Program-made: the position numbers and the translations under genes
The notes under the pieces: generated by a model
What the model was told of the DNA's origin: nothing
Seen by the model: the letters and a program-made list of their open reading frames with translations, nothing else
The model's database searches: none
Assembly (NCBI GenBank): GCA_052279835.1
Contig: CP181291.1
Coordinates: 256,001-320,000 of the forward strand
Length of the DNA stretch: 64,000 nucleotides
Source of the DNA: Microcoleus sp.
GTDB taxonomy: Bacteria > Cyanobacteriota > Cyanobacteriia > Cyanobacteriales > Microcoleaceae
Reading direction: 5' to 3'
Part shown: positions 10,403 to 20,839 of the stretch, in pieces
Layout of the letters: each line of letters opens with the position of its first letter
How positions within the stretch are numbered: position 1 is the first letter of the stretch

Positions 10403-11539
10403 ATGTTTCAAATTCTGGTTATAGACGATGATACTGCGGTTCAAGAACTGCTCAGAAGAACCCTGAAAAAACAGGGTTACGAAGTAACGGTAGCAAGTAA
10501 TGGCGAAGACGGTGTAGCACAGGCGCAAAAACTGTGTCCGGCTTTGATAATTTGCGATTGGATCATGCCACGCTTGACAGGCATCGATGTGTGCCGTCGA
10601 GTCAAGGCCGATCCACATCTGTCAACTACACAATTCTTTTTGCTGACTTCTTTGGGGTCGATCGCCGATCGAGTCAAAGGACTTGATGCCGGTGCCGATG
10701 ATTTTATCTCCAAACCCATTGAACTCAACGAGTTGCAGGCGAGAGTGCGGGCCGGACTAAGGCTGCACCAACTCAGCCGAGACTTGAAAATTGCTAAGCA
10801 AAGTCTGGAAGCAGAACTAGCTGAGGCGGCGGAATATGTGCAGTCTTTATTGCCAGATCCGATGGTGGAACCCGTCAGCATTGAGTCAAAATTCATTCCT
10901 TCCCGTCAGTTAGGAGGAGATTGCTTTGACTACAACTGGCTAGACTCGGATTATTTGGCGATTTATTTGCTAGACGTCGCCGGACACGGTTTGCGGGCGG
11001 CCCTGCCTTCTGTGGCAGTGTTGAATTTGTTGCGATCGCGCGCCTTACCCAACATTGACTACTACAAACCCAGCGACGTTTTGCGGGCGCTGAACACCAC
11101 TTTCCAGATGAGTTATCAAAATGACAAGTATTTCACCATCTGGTACGGGGTGTACAATCGGATCGATCGCCAGTTAGTCTACGCCAGCGCCGGTCATCCC
11201 CCGGCGGTGTTGATTTCCCAGTCCCCCACTAGCAATGCCAAAGTCCAGCAACTGAAAACCCCCGGAATGCCCGTCGGGATGTTCCCAGAAGCCCGCTATG
11301 TCGATAAAAGCTGCCATGTCGAGGATTTGAGCACTCTCTACATCTTTAGCGACGGGGTTTACGAGATTCACCAACCTGATGGCAATATCTGGGGGCTCGA
11401 TCCTTTCATTGATTTGTTAGCAGCTTACAACGGTGCAACTGCCGACCAGTTAGAGTTAGTTTTGAGCTATGTTCAAAAGTTGAACGCTAAAGCCGTGTTT
11501 GATGATGATTGGTCTTTACTCAAGATCAATTTTGGGTGA
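10403..11539 (+). CDS. Response regulator with SpoIIE/PP2C phosphatase domain (RsbU-like)
   Basis: Receiver domain (VIDDD, DWIMP, KP) followed by GGDCFD, DVAGHG, SAGHPP, SDGVYE and DDWS motifs. Confidence 0.93.
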   Translation: MFQILVIDDDTAVQELLRRTLKKQGYEVTVASNGEDGVAQAQKLCPALIICDWIMPRLTGIDVCRRVKADPHLSTTQFFLLTSLGSIADRVKGLDAGADDFISKPIELNELQARVRAGLRLHQLSRDLKIAKQSLEAELAEAAEYVQSLLPDPMVEPVSIESKFIPSRQLGGDCFDYNWLDSDYLAIYLLDVAGHGLRAALPSVAVLNLLRSRALPNIDYYKPSDVLRALNTTFQMSYQNDKYFTIWYGVYNRIDRQLVYASAGHPPAVLISQSPTSNAKVQQLKTPGMPVGMFPEARYVDKSCHVEDLSTLYIFSDGVYEIHQPDGNIWGLDPFIDLLAAYNGATADQLELVLSYVQKLNAKAVFDDDWSLLKINFG

Positions 11540-11786
11540 TGCCGATAGCTGGAGGAAATATGCAGAAGTCCGCAAGGTTTGACTCTTACGGACTCTTAAA
11601 TATTTGACTTCAATTTTCCAGTCGGTTAGCGAAGCTTTAAACTTAGGATCGATTAATTCTAAGTTTAAGGCAGAAGCGCTCGGTTTGGAAGATAAAACCA
11701 GCAATTTTCGACACTTCTAGTTTGCCTGCATAGATTGACCGAGAGTTAATTGACCTCAGAAGTTAGCAGCCAAAAGATCTAGTTAT

Positions 11787-12107
11787 TTAAAGCGCAATCT
11801 TGCTATTAAAAGCATCACGGGTGGGAAATATCTCAAAAACTCGATCCATACTGGTGAGTTCAAATAAGATGCGGATTTGCTCGTTGATAGAACAGACGAC
11901 TAACTGACTCCCAGCGGCTCTGACTGTTTTGAGCGCCAAGACTAAAGCGCCCAAACCAGAACTGTCCATAAATGTCACGTCTTGGAAGTCTATTAATACG
12001 ACATCGGCTCCCGCTTGCACGAGGTCGCTAATCTCTAGGCGGAATTGACCAGCCTTGGTGCCGTCTAAAATACCAGAGGGTTGAATAATTTTAACTACAG
12101 GACTCAT
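11787..12107 (-). CDS. STAS anti-sigma factor antagonist (RsbV-like)
   Basis: FMDSSGLGAL motif; start placed at ATG 12107 (MSPVV). Confidence 0.92.
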   Translation of the reverse strand: MSPVVKIIQPSGILDGTKAGQFRLEISDLVQAGADVVLIDFQDVTFMDSSGLGALVLALKTVRAAGSQLVVCSINEQIRILFELTSMDRVFEIFPTRDAFNSKIAL

Positions 12108-12202
12108 ATTTTGCGGTGGGAATGTCAGAATTTCTAGCCAGACTACGTTAGTATAGCTGCGAGACGGACTCCGATCCAAATACCTAGCATAGACCTACAT
12201 AT

Positions 12203-12847
12203 CTAATCGATCGCTCCTGCTGGGATCACCTTGGCACGGTAAAGCAGTTTTTCGCCTTGTCTGTATCCGGTATAGCGTACTGTCACCTGTTCTCCCGGCT
12301 GGGCTGTTCCGGCCAGCAGTTGATGCTCTTGTGGATTATAGGGGATGGAGGTTCCCACAGGGGCGATCGCCTCTACTCCCCACTCCTGCAATAATTTTTC
12401 CACAGGACGCATCAAAGGCAGTAATTTGACTGCTGGTAACTGCTGGTTTTCCTGAGCTTTCCTCGCTGCTGTCGGCCACTGCAACATCCAGGATTCTAAA
12501 ATCTGCAAGCTAGAAAGCTGGAATTCCTCCATCAAAGACGATCGTTGAAGATCCAGTGTAGCTTGCAGCCGCTGATATTCTTGTTCTATGGCTGTCGGTG
12601 CTGGTGGCTCTAACTCTACAGAACCAGGGGCAAAAGTTGCCAGCAGTTCGTTTAAGGAAATTTTCAAGGCTTGACTGATTTTCAGCAGGATATCTGCTGA
12701 CATTTGCAAGGCTAAGCCCCGACGCAAACGGCTGAGCTGAAGTTCACCAACTCCTGCTGTTTGGCTGAGTTCTCGATCGCTCTCTAGCCCTGCTTGCTGC
12801 ATCAGACATTGTAGTTGAGGAGCGTAATCTGGAATCTTGCTTACCAC
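12203..12847 (-). CDS. XRE-HTH protein with GrpE-like C-terminal domain
   Basis: N-terminal HTH, a coiled coil, then YNPQEHQ...VRYTGY...LLYRAKV resembling the GrpE head. Confidence 0.75.
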   Translation of the reverse strand: MVSKIPDYAPQLQCLMQQAGLESDRELSQTAGVGELQLSRLRRGLALQMSADILLKISQALKISLNELLATFAPGSVELEPPAPTAIEQEYQRLQATLDLQRSSLMEEFQLSSLQILESWMLQWPTAARKAQENQQLPAVKLLPLMRPVEKLLQEWGVEAIAPVGTSIPYNPQEHQLLAGTAQPGEQVTVRYTGYRQGEKLLYRAKVIPAGAID

Positions 12848-12888
12848 AAAAAAGCCATCCCAATTAATAACTTAATATATTCTTTATA

Positions 12889-14227
12889 TTGACATCCTCA
12901 CGCCAGCTAAAGCCACGGTGATTCCAAAGATCACTCTTTGGGCTTCCTCTTTCCCCGACTCGGCTTACTTGGAGGAATTTCTTCACCCAAGCTCTTGTCG
13001 ATGTCTCCAGAGGCGTTAAGCGTTCCCGTGTGCCCCACGGTACGAAGTGCAAGTTCCAGTATGTTACGAGCGGCGTTCCAGTCCCGGTCTAAAACCAACC
13101 CACAATGAGAACATTTATGAGTTCTTGTACTCAAAGACTTCTTGACAACTTTCCCACACTTAGAACAAATCTGGCTGGTGTAGTGCGGTGGAACAGCAAC
13201 TGTTGCTACACCAAATACCTTGCCAAAATATTCCAACCAACTCCGGAAAGCCGACCACGCCGCATCAGAAATCGACTTAGCAAGTTTCCGATTCTTAACC
13301 ATGTTTCGCACCTGCAAGTCCTCATAGGCAACCAAGTCGTTAGACTGGACTACGCATCTTGCCAATTTCACAGCAAAATCTTTACGCTGCCTACTTACCT
13401 TGAGGTGTTTTCTGCTCAATCGGTTTCTCGCTTTGGTTCGGTTAATCGCTCCTTTTTGAGTTCGAGAAAGCCTTCGACCGAGCCGTTTGAGCGCTTTTTC
13501 AGACTTCCTGAGATGCCTGGGATTGTCAATTGTATCTCCATCCGAGTCGGTGTAGAAGTGATTCAACCCAACATCCAGCCCAATAGTTTTACCCGCTGGT
13601 TCTCTCTTCTCAACTCGCTCGACATCAAGACAAAACTGAACGTAGTACCCATCAGCACGACGAACAACCCGAACTCGCTTAATCTGTTCCAACTGATAAA
13701 AGTGCAGAGCACGAGTTCCCCACATCTTGAAACTTCCAGCTTTAAAACCATCAGTGAAGGTGATAGTTCTCCTGTCCTCCGACAGCTTCCAGCCACAGGT
13801 CTTGTACTCAACAGAACCATGTGTTTGATGCTTTTTAAAACATGGAAAACCTTTCTTTGCTGCTTTCTTTTTGCAGTTGTCGTAGAACCGAGCAATAGCA
13901 GACCAAGCTCGTTCAGCAGAAGCTTGACGAGCCATAGAGTTGAGCTGACTGGCCAAAGGAAATTCCTTGGCAAGAACCTTGCAATAAGCGCTCAGTTCAT
14001 ACCGCCCAATCCCCTGATTGTCTATCCAGTATCTGATGCAAGAATTGCGGACAAAACGCGCAGTACGAATCGCTTCATCAAGCTTTTCATACTGATGCTT
14101 TTCGCCTTCAAGCTTTGCTTCAAATACCAGCATTTTACGTTATGGTGTTGGATATAATTATTCTAGCTCAACATCAATAAAATTGAAAGCCGTCCTAGAA
14201 GGACGGGGCTTTAGACCCTTTTTTTTG
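12889..14227 (-). mobile_element. tnpB-only IS200/IS605-family element with IS608-like ends
   Basis: Left end TTAC|CAAAAAAAGGGTCTAAAG followed by a hairpin; right end GAAT-hairpin-GGATGTCAA; no tnpA. Confidence 0.88.
12931..14133 (-). CDS. tnpB: RNA-guided endonuclease TnpB
   Basis: RuvC IGLDVG / YEDL / DRDWNAA and CSKC-CSHC zinc finger. Confidence 0.95.
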   Translation of the reverse strand: MLVFEAKLEGEKHQYEKLDEAIRTARFVRNSCIRYWIDNQGIGRYELSAYCKVLAKEFPLASQLNSMARQASAERAWSAIARFYDNCKKKAAKKGFPCFKKHQTHGSVEYKTCGWKLSEDRRTITFTDGFKAGSFKMWGTRALHFYQLEQIKRVRVVRRADGYYVQFCLDVERVEKREPAGKTIGLDVGLNHFYTDSDGDTIDNPRHLRKSEKALKRLGRRLSRTQKGAINRTKARNRLSRKHLKVSRQRKDFAVKLARCVVQSNDLVAYEDLQVRNMVKNRKLAKSISDAAWSAFRSWLEYFGKVFGVATVAVPPHYTSQICSKCGKVVKKSLSTRTHKCSHCGLVLDRDWNAARNILELALRTVGHTGTLNASGDIDKSLGEEIPPSKPSRGKRKPKE

Positions 14228-14259
14228 GTAATCGGTCAAGTGCCACAACTCCATTTTGA

Positions 14260-14281
14260 GAGCGGGTCAGAGAACCCGCTC
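14260..14281. terminator. Hairpin downstream of dps (terminator or REP)
   Basis: GAGCGGGT-CAGAGA-ACCCGCTC. Confidence 0.45.
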
Positions 14282-14315
14282 CACCATTATGGTCAAAATA
14301 GTTAATCAGTAGCGA

Positions 14316-14864
14316 TTACAAAGCTACTTTTTCTGGGGTAGCCGAGGCTGTAGTTGTCGCAGCAGCTTGCAAGTGGGCTTCTAGGAACCACAAGCGCTTG
14401 TCAATGGTCCGCGAAATTTCAGTATATAAGTCAGCGGTATCGGCATCGCCGAGTTCCCCTGTTTTATCGATGGCTACTCGCAGATGTTTAGCATAAGGTG
14501 CGTAGCGATCGGCCAAAGCAGTCACGTACTCTTTGCCATCTAAAATATCAAAAGGAAATTCTGGCAAAATCGAATCAGCCGCCGCTGTACGGGCTGTTCC
14601 TACAGCCAAACCCCCCAAAGCCGTCACCCGTTCCGCCACCGTATCAATATAATCTTCGAGTTCTGTTGCCATTTCATCAAATAGCAAATGCAACTGATAA
14701 AAGTCCATACCTTTGACGTTCCAGTGAGCTTGCTTGACTTGGGTTTTCAAGTCGAGAGTCGTTGCGAGGGTGGCGTTGAGCAGCCCAACTATTTGAGAGC
14801 GGGTTTCTGCTGGCATATCGATACGAGTTGGATAAAGATGTTGTTTGTGGTTGTTAGGACTCAT
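14316..14864 (-). CDS. dps: DNA starvation/stationary phase protection protein Dps
   Basis: KQAHWNVKG..F..LHLLFDE, DTVAER and DKRLWFL motifs. Confidence 0.95.
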   Translation of the reverse strand: MSPNNHKQHLYPTRIDMPAETRSQIVGLLNATLATTLDLKTQVKQAHWNVKGMDFYQLHLLFDEMATELEDYIDTVAERVTALGGLAVGTARTAAADSILPEFPFDILDGKEYVTALADRYAPYAKHLRVAIDKTGELGDADTADLYTEISRTIDKRLWFLEAHLQAAATTTASATPEKVAL

Positions 14865-14922
14865 AGGTTTTGTACCTTGTGATTTTTGACTTAAAAAATT
14901 TAGAGTGCGATGTTTCCTGAAC

Positions 14923-15183
14923 TCACGCTAGGTGCATCTGCAACACAGAACGGGGAGCACGGCGGACTTTACACCGGATTGTTTCTAAACCGAGGCGTTG
15001 ACAAGCTTCGTATCGGTGACAACCGGAGAAGCCGTAATATTGACCATCTACTTCTAGCACGTCGATGGGCTCGTTTAAACCTATCTCTCGGATGGATTCC
15101 ATCAGAGTGCTGACTTTGGTGGGGTCGTTGACTCGCGGCAGGGGGCGGCGAATCTGGTTGAGGGGTATTTCTTCGATCCTCAT
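14923..15183 (-). CDS. srxA: Sulfiredoxin
   Basis: FSGCHR catalytic motif in an 86-aa ParB-like protein. Confidence 0.9.
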   Translation of the reverse strand: MRIEEIPLNQIRRPLPRVNDPTKVSTLMESIREIGLNEPIDVLEVDGQYYGFSGCHRYEACQRLGLETIRCKVRRAPRSVLQMHLA

Positions 15184-15211
15184 GGCTCCTCTTTGTTGCT
15201 GCTAATTAAAT

Positions 15212-15230
15212 CATACTCGTAATGACTTCG
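15212..15230. promoter_or_regulatory. Candidate PerR/FurC box upstream of srx-dps
   Basis: CATACTCGTAATGACTTCG matches 14/19 of the Anabaena FurC box as recalled from memory (CAAAATCATAACGACTTTG). Confidence 0.45.
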
Positions 15231-15327
15231 ACTTGGCAAGTAAAATGTATCACAGTTGCTTGAGCTCGGTCAGGATGTCCACTACAAGCTCAGCTAAAAT
15301 CAAAACTGCTAAATCTCCACTATCAGA

Positions 15328-15432
15328 ATAGTTAGCAGCATTCTAGAGATTTTTGGATTGAAAGGCTAAGCCGTCAATTTCCACAAAACGATGTTCGGTG
15401 GATTTAATAATGTGTCTCTCTGCTAGCTGCAT
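15328..15432 (-). pseudogene. tnpB: IS607-type tnpB 5' remnant
   Basis: MQLAERHIIKSTEHRFVEIDGLAFQSKNL*NAANY, with premature TAG at 15343-15345; similarity is lost after that. Confidence 0.8.
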
Positions 15433-16022
15433 TCAGACTCTCCATTTTTTAATTCAGCAATGATTCTTTCTATTTTTCGCGCAGCGGGGCGTTGTCCGTA
15501 AAGTCGCGCTGCAAAACTCGTAACTACTGCCACCAAATCTTGCATTAATTCATCTTGACCGTTGTCAGTTAAATTGACAATTTCTAGTTTGACTCCTAAT
15601 CTCACCAGAAGTACATCTAAATAATGTGTTCCGAATCGAGCCAAACGGTCTTTGTGTTCAACCAAAAGAATATCGTAATCATCTTGTTGCAGGAGTGTTT
15701 CTAACTGTTTTCTGTGGTCGTTCAATCCACTACCAATTTCTTTGACATTTCTGACAATTTGATAACCGTTGGCAATTGCGTACTCGGTTAATCGCTCTGA
15801 TTGGCGGTTGAGATTGTCTTTGTTCTCAGAAGATGAGACTCGGCTATAAATAGCGACTCGGTTTTTCTTTGATTCAATTGATGGCGCTGGCGACGAGTAG
15901 TCAACTATAATTAGACCACTTTCCGTTTGTCTTGCTGGATGTGGCAGTTTATTGGCTTTCCACCAGCGCCATGCGGTTGTGTAACTTATGCCTATGGCTT
16001 TTGCGTAGTCAGGTAGTTTCAT
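15423..16022 (-). CDS. tnpA: IS607 family serine recombinase TnpA
   Basis: MerR-like HTH, YSRVSS catalytic motif, EIGSG, EHKDRLARFG and SFAARLYG motifs. Confidence 0.92.
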   Translation of the reverse strand: MKLPDYAKAIGISYTTAWRWWKANKLPHPARQTESGLIIVDYSSPAPSIESKKNRVAIYSRVSSSENKDNLNRQSERLTEYAIANGYQIVRNVKEIGSGLNDHRKQLETLLQQDDYDILLVEHKDRLARFGTHYLDVLLVRLGVKLEIVNLTDNGQDELMQDLVAVVTSFAARLYGQRPAARKIERIIAELKNGESECS

Positions 16023-16121
16023 TTCGTCCTCCTGACTATATAATACTACTTCTGCTTACTACTGCTTATAATCTTATTAAAGTTTTACAATACAAAAACT
16101 GTGTGGATTCAAACATCTAAA

Positions 16122-17765
16122 ATGCCCAATTGCAAATGGTTTAGCTCAATTTCTAGCGCTGCGATCGCAGCGTTGTGCCTGTGGCCGCTCCCTAGCACTC
16201 CCGCCACGGCCCAAAGCCCCCAAAATCGAGAAATCAAAATCGGTGTCGTGCAACGGTTTGGCACCAAAGCAACCGATAAGTTGACCCTGAAAGCTATACC
16301 TGGTGATAGTTTAACTGTAAGTTACAAAACTCCTCAAGGCATAAAAACCGCCAAGGTTCCTAGCATCAAGCTAGAAATTGCCGCCAAACCGCTGGAAACA
16401 CCAGCAGTAGAAGAACGAGTTGTACTGAGTTCCCACCGCAGTTTTGAAAGTGCGGAAGATAGTGCTAATCAATGGCGAGCTAAGGGAATAGAAGTCGAAA
16501 TTGCTCAACCTTTGCGGTGGCAAGTTTGGGCAAAAAGAGATAATTACAACTCTCCTTTAGTGCGACGTTTATTATTGCAAAGTTTGCAGGAGCAAGGGAA
16601 TAAAACAGCTTTTTTGGATAGCAAAGTTTTGCCCACAATCCCCCAGGCATTTTGGGTGTTAAACGGTTTTCGTTTTAACCGCAATGAGTTAGATGTGACG
16701 GCGGGTAAAAATGTGATTGAGGTTCTGGAACAGACTACTCAAGAGGCCACAGCTACTGAAAAAGAAAAAGCTATTCAACAAACTCGCCTTTATGGTGGGA
16801 GTTTGCACCTACAGAAAAATGCTTATGGCACTTATACTTTGGTCAATGAAGTGCCGACAGAAACTTATTTACGGGGAGTAGTGCCGCACGAAATTGGTGC
16901 TTTTTCGCCCTATGCTTCCCAGGAAGCACAGGCTATTTTGGCGAGAACTTATGCCCTGAGAAATTTGCGCCGTTTTGCGATCGATAATTACGAGTTGTGT
17001 GCTGATGTTAACTGCCAAGTGTATAAGGGTTTGACGGAGGTTTTTCCGCAAACGGATAAGGCGATCGCCAAAACTAGCGGTTTGGTTCTGACTTATCGTC
17101 AGGAGTTGGTTGATGCCCTTTATTCCGCTTCTAGTGGCGGCGTTACTGCGCTTTTTGGGGATGTGTGGCACGGCTCGGAACGCCCTTATTTGCGCTCCAT
17201 AGTTGATGCGCCTCAGAATATTTGGGATTTGTCGAAGCAGAGTTTGTCTGATGAAAACAATTTTCGCCGCTTTATGAGTTTGAATAAGGGGTTTAATGAG
17301 GAAAAACAAGATACTTTTCGCTGGCGCGAAGAAGCTTCCTTAACATCAATTGCTGGGTTTCTCAAACAGTATCTTCAGAAAAAACAGCATCCTTTGGCGA
17401 ATTTTAAAACTATTAGTCAGGTACTGGTGGTGCAAAGGTCTCTCGGTGGTCGAGTTTTGAAAATGAAGGTAGAAACTGACTTGGGGACAATCGATATTGA
17501 TAAAGACGAAATTCGCAATGCTTTTTTCCCTCCCATCAGCACTTTGTTTTACCTAGATCCGATTTACAATCCAGACAAAACCCTCAATGGCTATGCTTTT
17601 GTCGGAGGTGGCTTCGGACATGGGGTGGGAATGAGTCAAACGGGTTCTTACAATTTGGCTAATTTGGGCTGGAGTAGCGATCGCATTCTCAGCTTTTATT
17701 TTCCAGGCGCTCAAGTTGTCCCGCTGAATGATGGGATTACATTTTGGCGACCTGAGAATCCATAG
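16122..17765 (+). CDS. SpoIID/LytB domain protein
   Basis: Signal peptide, ETYLRGVVPHEI, AQAILARTY, CQVY and GFGHGVGMSQ motifs. Confidence 0.9.
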   Translation: MPNCKWFSSISSAAIAALCLWPLPSTPATAQSPQNREIKIGVVQRFGTKATDKLTLKAIPGDSLTVSYKTPQGIKTAKVPSIKLEIAAKPLETPAVEERVVLSSHRSFESAEDSANQWRAKGIEVEIAQPLRWQVWAKRDNYNSPLVRRLLLQSLQEQGNKTAFLDSKVLPTIPQAFWVLNGFRFNRNELDVTAGKNVIEVLEQTTQEATATEKEKAIQQTRLYGGSLHLQKNAYGTYTLVNEVPTETYLRGVVPHEIGAFSPYASQEAQAILARTYALRNLRRFAIDNYELCADVNCQVYKGLTEVFPQTDKAIAKTSGLVLTYRQELVDALYSASSGGVTALFGDVWHGSERPYLRSIVDAPQNIWDLSKQSLSDENNFRRFMSLNKGFNEEKQDTFRWREEASLTSIAGFLKQYLQKKQHPLANFKTISQVLVVQRSLGGRVLKMKVETDLGTIDIDKDEIRNAFFPPISTLFYLDPIYNPDKTLNGYAFVGGGFGHGVGMSQTGSYNLANLGWSSDRILSFYFPGAQVVPLNDGITFWRPENP

Positions 17766-17841
17766 GCATCAACAATAATTAGTGTAGAACAAGTATCCAA
17801 CCTATTCTTAAAAAGCTTTTTCCCAGATGTCTAACATATAT

Positions 17842-17870
17842 TTAGGGACATGGCAGTGCCATGTCCCTAA
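17842..17870. terminator. Perfect palindrome between convergent spoIID and petF
   Basis: TTAGGGACATGGCA-G-TGCCATGTCCCTAA. Confidence 0.6.
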
Positions 17871-17952
17871 CTGACCAGATTTCAGTCTAGCCATCAGCTC
17901 AAACAACTATTGATTAATAGCTTGGAGTGACAGCCGAAGGCTGAGGCTGTTT

Positions 17953-18252
17953 TTAGTACAGCGATTCTTCTTTGTGAGTTTCGATGGTGCAATCAGACTT
18001 AGGATAGGCGACGCAGGTGAGGACAAATCCAGCCTCAATTTGGTCATCATCCAAGAAAGATTGGTCTGATTGATCGACTTCCCCTTTGGTGATTTTGCCG
18101 GCACAGGTGGAACAAGCACCAGCGCGACAAGAGTACGGGAGGTCTAGTCCTGCTTCTTCGGCAGCGTCGAGAATGTAAGTATCCTCGTCAACTTCAATGG
18201 TTTGGTTAATTCCTTCAGCTTCGCTGACGAGGGTAACTTTGTAAGTTGCCAT
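17953..18252 (-). CDS. petF: Plant-type [2Fe-2S] ferredoxin
   Basis: [13 protein letters not shown]...LTCVAYP. Confidence 0.97.
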   Translation of the reverse strand: MATYKVTLVSEAEGINQTIEVDEDTYILDAAEEAGLDLPYSCRAGACSTCAGKITKGEVDQSDQSFLDDDQIEAGFVLTCVAYPKSDCTIETHKEESLY

Positions 18253-18625
18253 GCACTAATCCTCTCAAAAATTCAACAAGATATATAAGCTTTCCTAATG
18301 GAAACTTCAAAGCTCTATTAGCTCTGAGGTTTGCTCTTAGGTTGGTTCTCTCTCTGATAGTAGGGGAAATAAGGGAGGTTGCAACACTCATTTACAAAAA
18401 ATTTGAATGGGATTAGTTATAATTTTTTCTAATTTCATCTTGATTACTTATACCTGCTGTAGTTTCTCGGCATGAGGAGGAAATGTATAGTTGAATGGCA
18501 TCAAGATTTGGGTCGAAAATCCCGCGATCGCGTTTTTGCACCAATTCAGGATTTGGGCGATCGAGCTATAAAGCTTTGTGACGCTTGTTTTGAGCAATTT
18601 TTGAAAATGTGACATCTAAAATTCT

Positions 18626-19639
18626 ATGACTAATATTGATACTCGATCGCCTTTTTCGGTCAATGCTCCAATTAGGGTGGGGATTGTGGGCACTGGTTTT
18701 GCTGCTAAGTTGAGAGCCGAGATGTTGCAAACTGACGCAAGAGTTGACTTAGTGACAGTGGCGGGTCACACCCCCGACAAGACGGAAGCATTTTGTGAAG
18801 CCTTCGGCGCGGAGGCGGCGGTTTCTTGGCGCAAGTTAGTGGAAAGGAACGATTTGGATTTGGTGATTGTGTGTACGGTGAATCGGGATCACGGGGCGAT
18901 CGCGATCGCGGCCTTGGAAAACGAAAAGCACGTTGTGGTGGAATATCCTCTATCTTTAGATATATCTGAGGGAGAAAGGGCGATCGAGCTAGCCACCCAA
19001 AAGCAAAAACTCCTGCACATCGAACACATAGAATTATTAGGTGGCTTACACCAAGCCATCAAAACATCTTTGCCCTTAATTGGCAAAGTTTTTTACACCC
19101 GCTACGTTACTATTACAGCTCAACGTTCAGTACCTAAGCGTTGGACTTATCAACATTCGCTATTTGGGTTCCCATTAATTGGTGCAATTTCGCGACTACA
19201 TCGATTTACCGATTTGTTTGGAGAAGTGACAAGCGTGAACTGTCAAACTCAATTTTGGGACACTCAGCCAGATTTTTATAAAGCTTGTTTGTGTAACGCC
19301 CAGTTACGCTTTGCGAATGGAGTTTTTGCGGAAGCTGTTTATGGAAAAGGCGAAACTTTTTCGCAGTCGGAAAACGTTTTTACAATTTACGGAGAAGAGG
19401 GAACGCTGGTTTTTACTCCCGAATCCGGTCAATTAATTCAGGGCGAAAATAGACAAACAATAGAAGTTGGAACGCGGCGCGGTTTGTTTGCTAAGGATAC
19501 AGATATGGTGTTGGAATACTTGTTAAATGGTACGCCTTTGTATGTGAATAATGCTAGTAGTTTGTATGCTTTGAAGGTGGCAGATGCGGCAAGGCGATCG
19601 AGCGAAACCAGGCAAAATATAGCACTAACGAGTGCGTAA
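18626..19639 (+). CDS. bvdR: Gfo/Idh/MocA oxidoreductase, likely biliverdin reductase
   Basis: VGTGFAA, VVEYP and HIEHIELLGG motifs. Confidence 0.75.
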   Translation: MTNIDTRSPFSVNAPIRVGIVGTGFAAKLRAEMLQTDARVDLVTVAGHTPDKTEAFCEAFGAEAAVSWRKLVERNDLDLVIVCTVNRDHGAIAIAALENEKHVVVEYPLSLDISEGERAIELATQKQKLLHIEHIELLGGLHQAIKTSLPLIGKVFYTRYVTITAQRSVPKRWTYQHSLFGFPLIGAISRLHRFTDLFGEVTSVNCQTQFWDTQPDFYKACLCNAQLRFANGVFAEAVYGKGETFSQSENVFTIYGEEGTLVFTPESGQLIQGENRQTIEVGTRRGLFAKDTDMVLEYLLNGTPLYVNNASSLYALKVADAARRSSETRQNIALTSA

Positions 19640-19696
19640 GTCCCGGAATATCTCGATCCGGTTTTACTGGGTATTTGCATAAGATATTGGGACAAG

Positions 19697-20839
19697 TCAG
19701 GTAAAAATTCTGCTCAACAAATCCGCAATCTGTTGATGGATATTGGTTTGGTGAAAACGCCGACTAGCCATCTCGTAGGCAGATTGCGCGATCGCGATCG
19801 TATACTCAGGCTGGTTGTAACACATATTAATAACCTCCGCAAGTTGTTGTGGCTTGCTGGGAGGAACTAAAAAGCCATTGAGCCCCGGTTCGATTAACTC
19901 AATAGCACCTCCAGATTGAGCAGCAACTATCGGTGTACCAGACAGCATAGCCTCCACAATCACTCGGCCAAAAGGTTCGGGTGCGATCGAGGTATGTGCC
20001 ACTAAATCGCAAATTGCCATTAACTGCGGAATATCTGAACGAAATCCTAAAAACTTAACTCGATCTTCAAGTCCTAATTCTGCCACTTGTTTGTGCAATT
20101 GCTGGACATATTCGTCCTCGCCAAAGAGCGCATCACCCACTAAAATAGCTGTGACATCTTTTGGACAATAGGTAAGAGCTTCAATTAAAATATGTTGACC
20201 TTTCCAAGGTGACAATCGGCTGAAATGACCTACGATAAATTGCCCGTCAAGTTCTAGCTGTGTTTTGAGTTGGTTAATTTGAGAGCGATCGCTCTGATAG
20301 ACTTCAGGCTCAAAGCCATTGTAGACGACATCAATGATGTCCGATCGCCCTCCTGCTGCTAAGAAAGCAGCCTGACTGGCTTGGGAATTAGCAATCACCA
20401 ATGATGCAAAGCGATTCGCCAAAGTTACAGCTACTTTTAAGTTAGTTCGACTGAAATGGTCTGTAGATAAAATGTCATGCAAATGATAGACTAAAGGGCG
20501 ACGACTGAAAAAGCTAGCTAATGCACCAACAACTAGAGCTTTTTGCGTGTTGGCGTAGATCAAATCGTATTGACGAGCTTTTTGAACAACTTTAGCAATC
20601 AAAGGCAGTAGCGCAGTTACACTACTTAAACTCTGTATCAAGCTGCTTTCTTTACGAACTTTAATCGCTTCTGTCGCTAACACCTCAACAGGAATTTGTT
20701 GTTGCTCTAGTAATTGCCTAAAAGCACCATCTACAAATAAGCCAACTAGACAGCTATCCCGATAAGGTTTGGCAATATCTATGAGACAAAGTTCAGCACC
20801 ACCGGGCTTTCCGCTCTGGTCAAGAAATAGTATTTTCAT
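19697..20839 (-). CDS. GT4 glycosyltransferase
   Basis: PGGAE and EPFGRVIVEAM motifs. Confidence 0.9.
   Translation of the reverse strand: MKILFLDQSGKPGGAELCLIDIAKPYRDSCLVGLFVDGAFRQLLEQQQIPVEVLATEAIKVRKESSLIQSLSSVTALLPLIAKVVQKARQYDLIYANTQKALVVGALASFFSRRPLVYHLHDILSTDHFSRTNLKVAVTLANRFASLVIANSQASQAAFLAAGGRSDIIDVVYNGFEPEVYQSDRSQINQLKTQLELDGQFIVGHFSRLSPWKGQHILIEALTYCPKDVTAILVGDALFGEDEYVQQLHKQVAELGLEDRVKFLGFRSDIPQLMAICDLVAHTSIAPEPFGRVIVEAMLSGTPIVAAQSGGAIELIEPGLNGFLVPPSKPQQLAEVINMCYNQPEYTIAIAQSAYEMASRRFHQTNIHQQIADLLSRIFT

Noticed and set aside
9497..12107. RsbW/RsbU/RsbV-like trio as a novel system
   Set aside because: This is a well-known partner-switching module.
13105..14157. 350-aa plus-strand ORF
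   Set aside because: It is the antisense shadow of tnpB and has no recognisable motifs.
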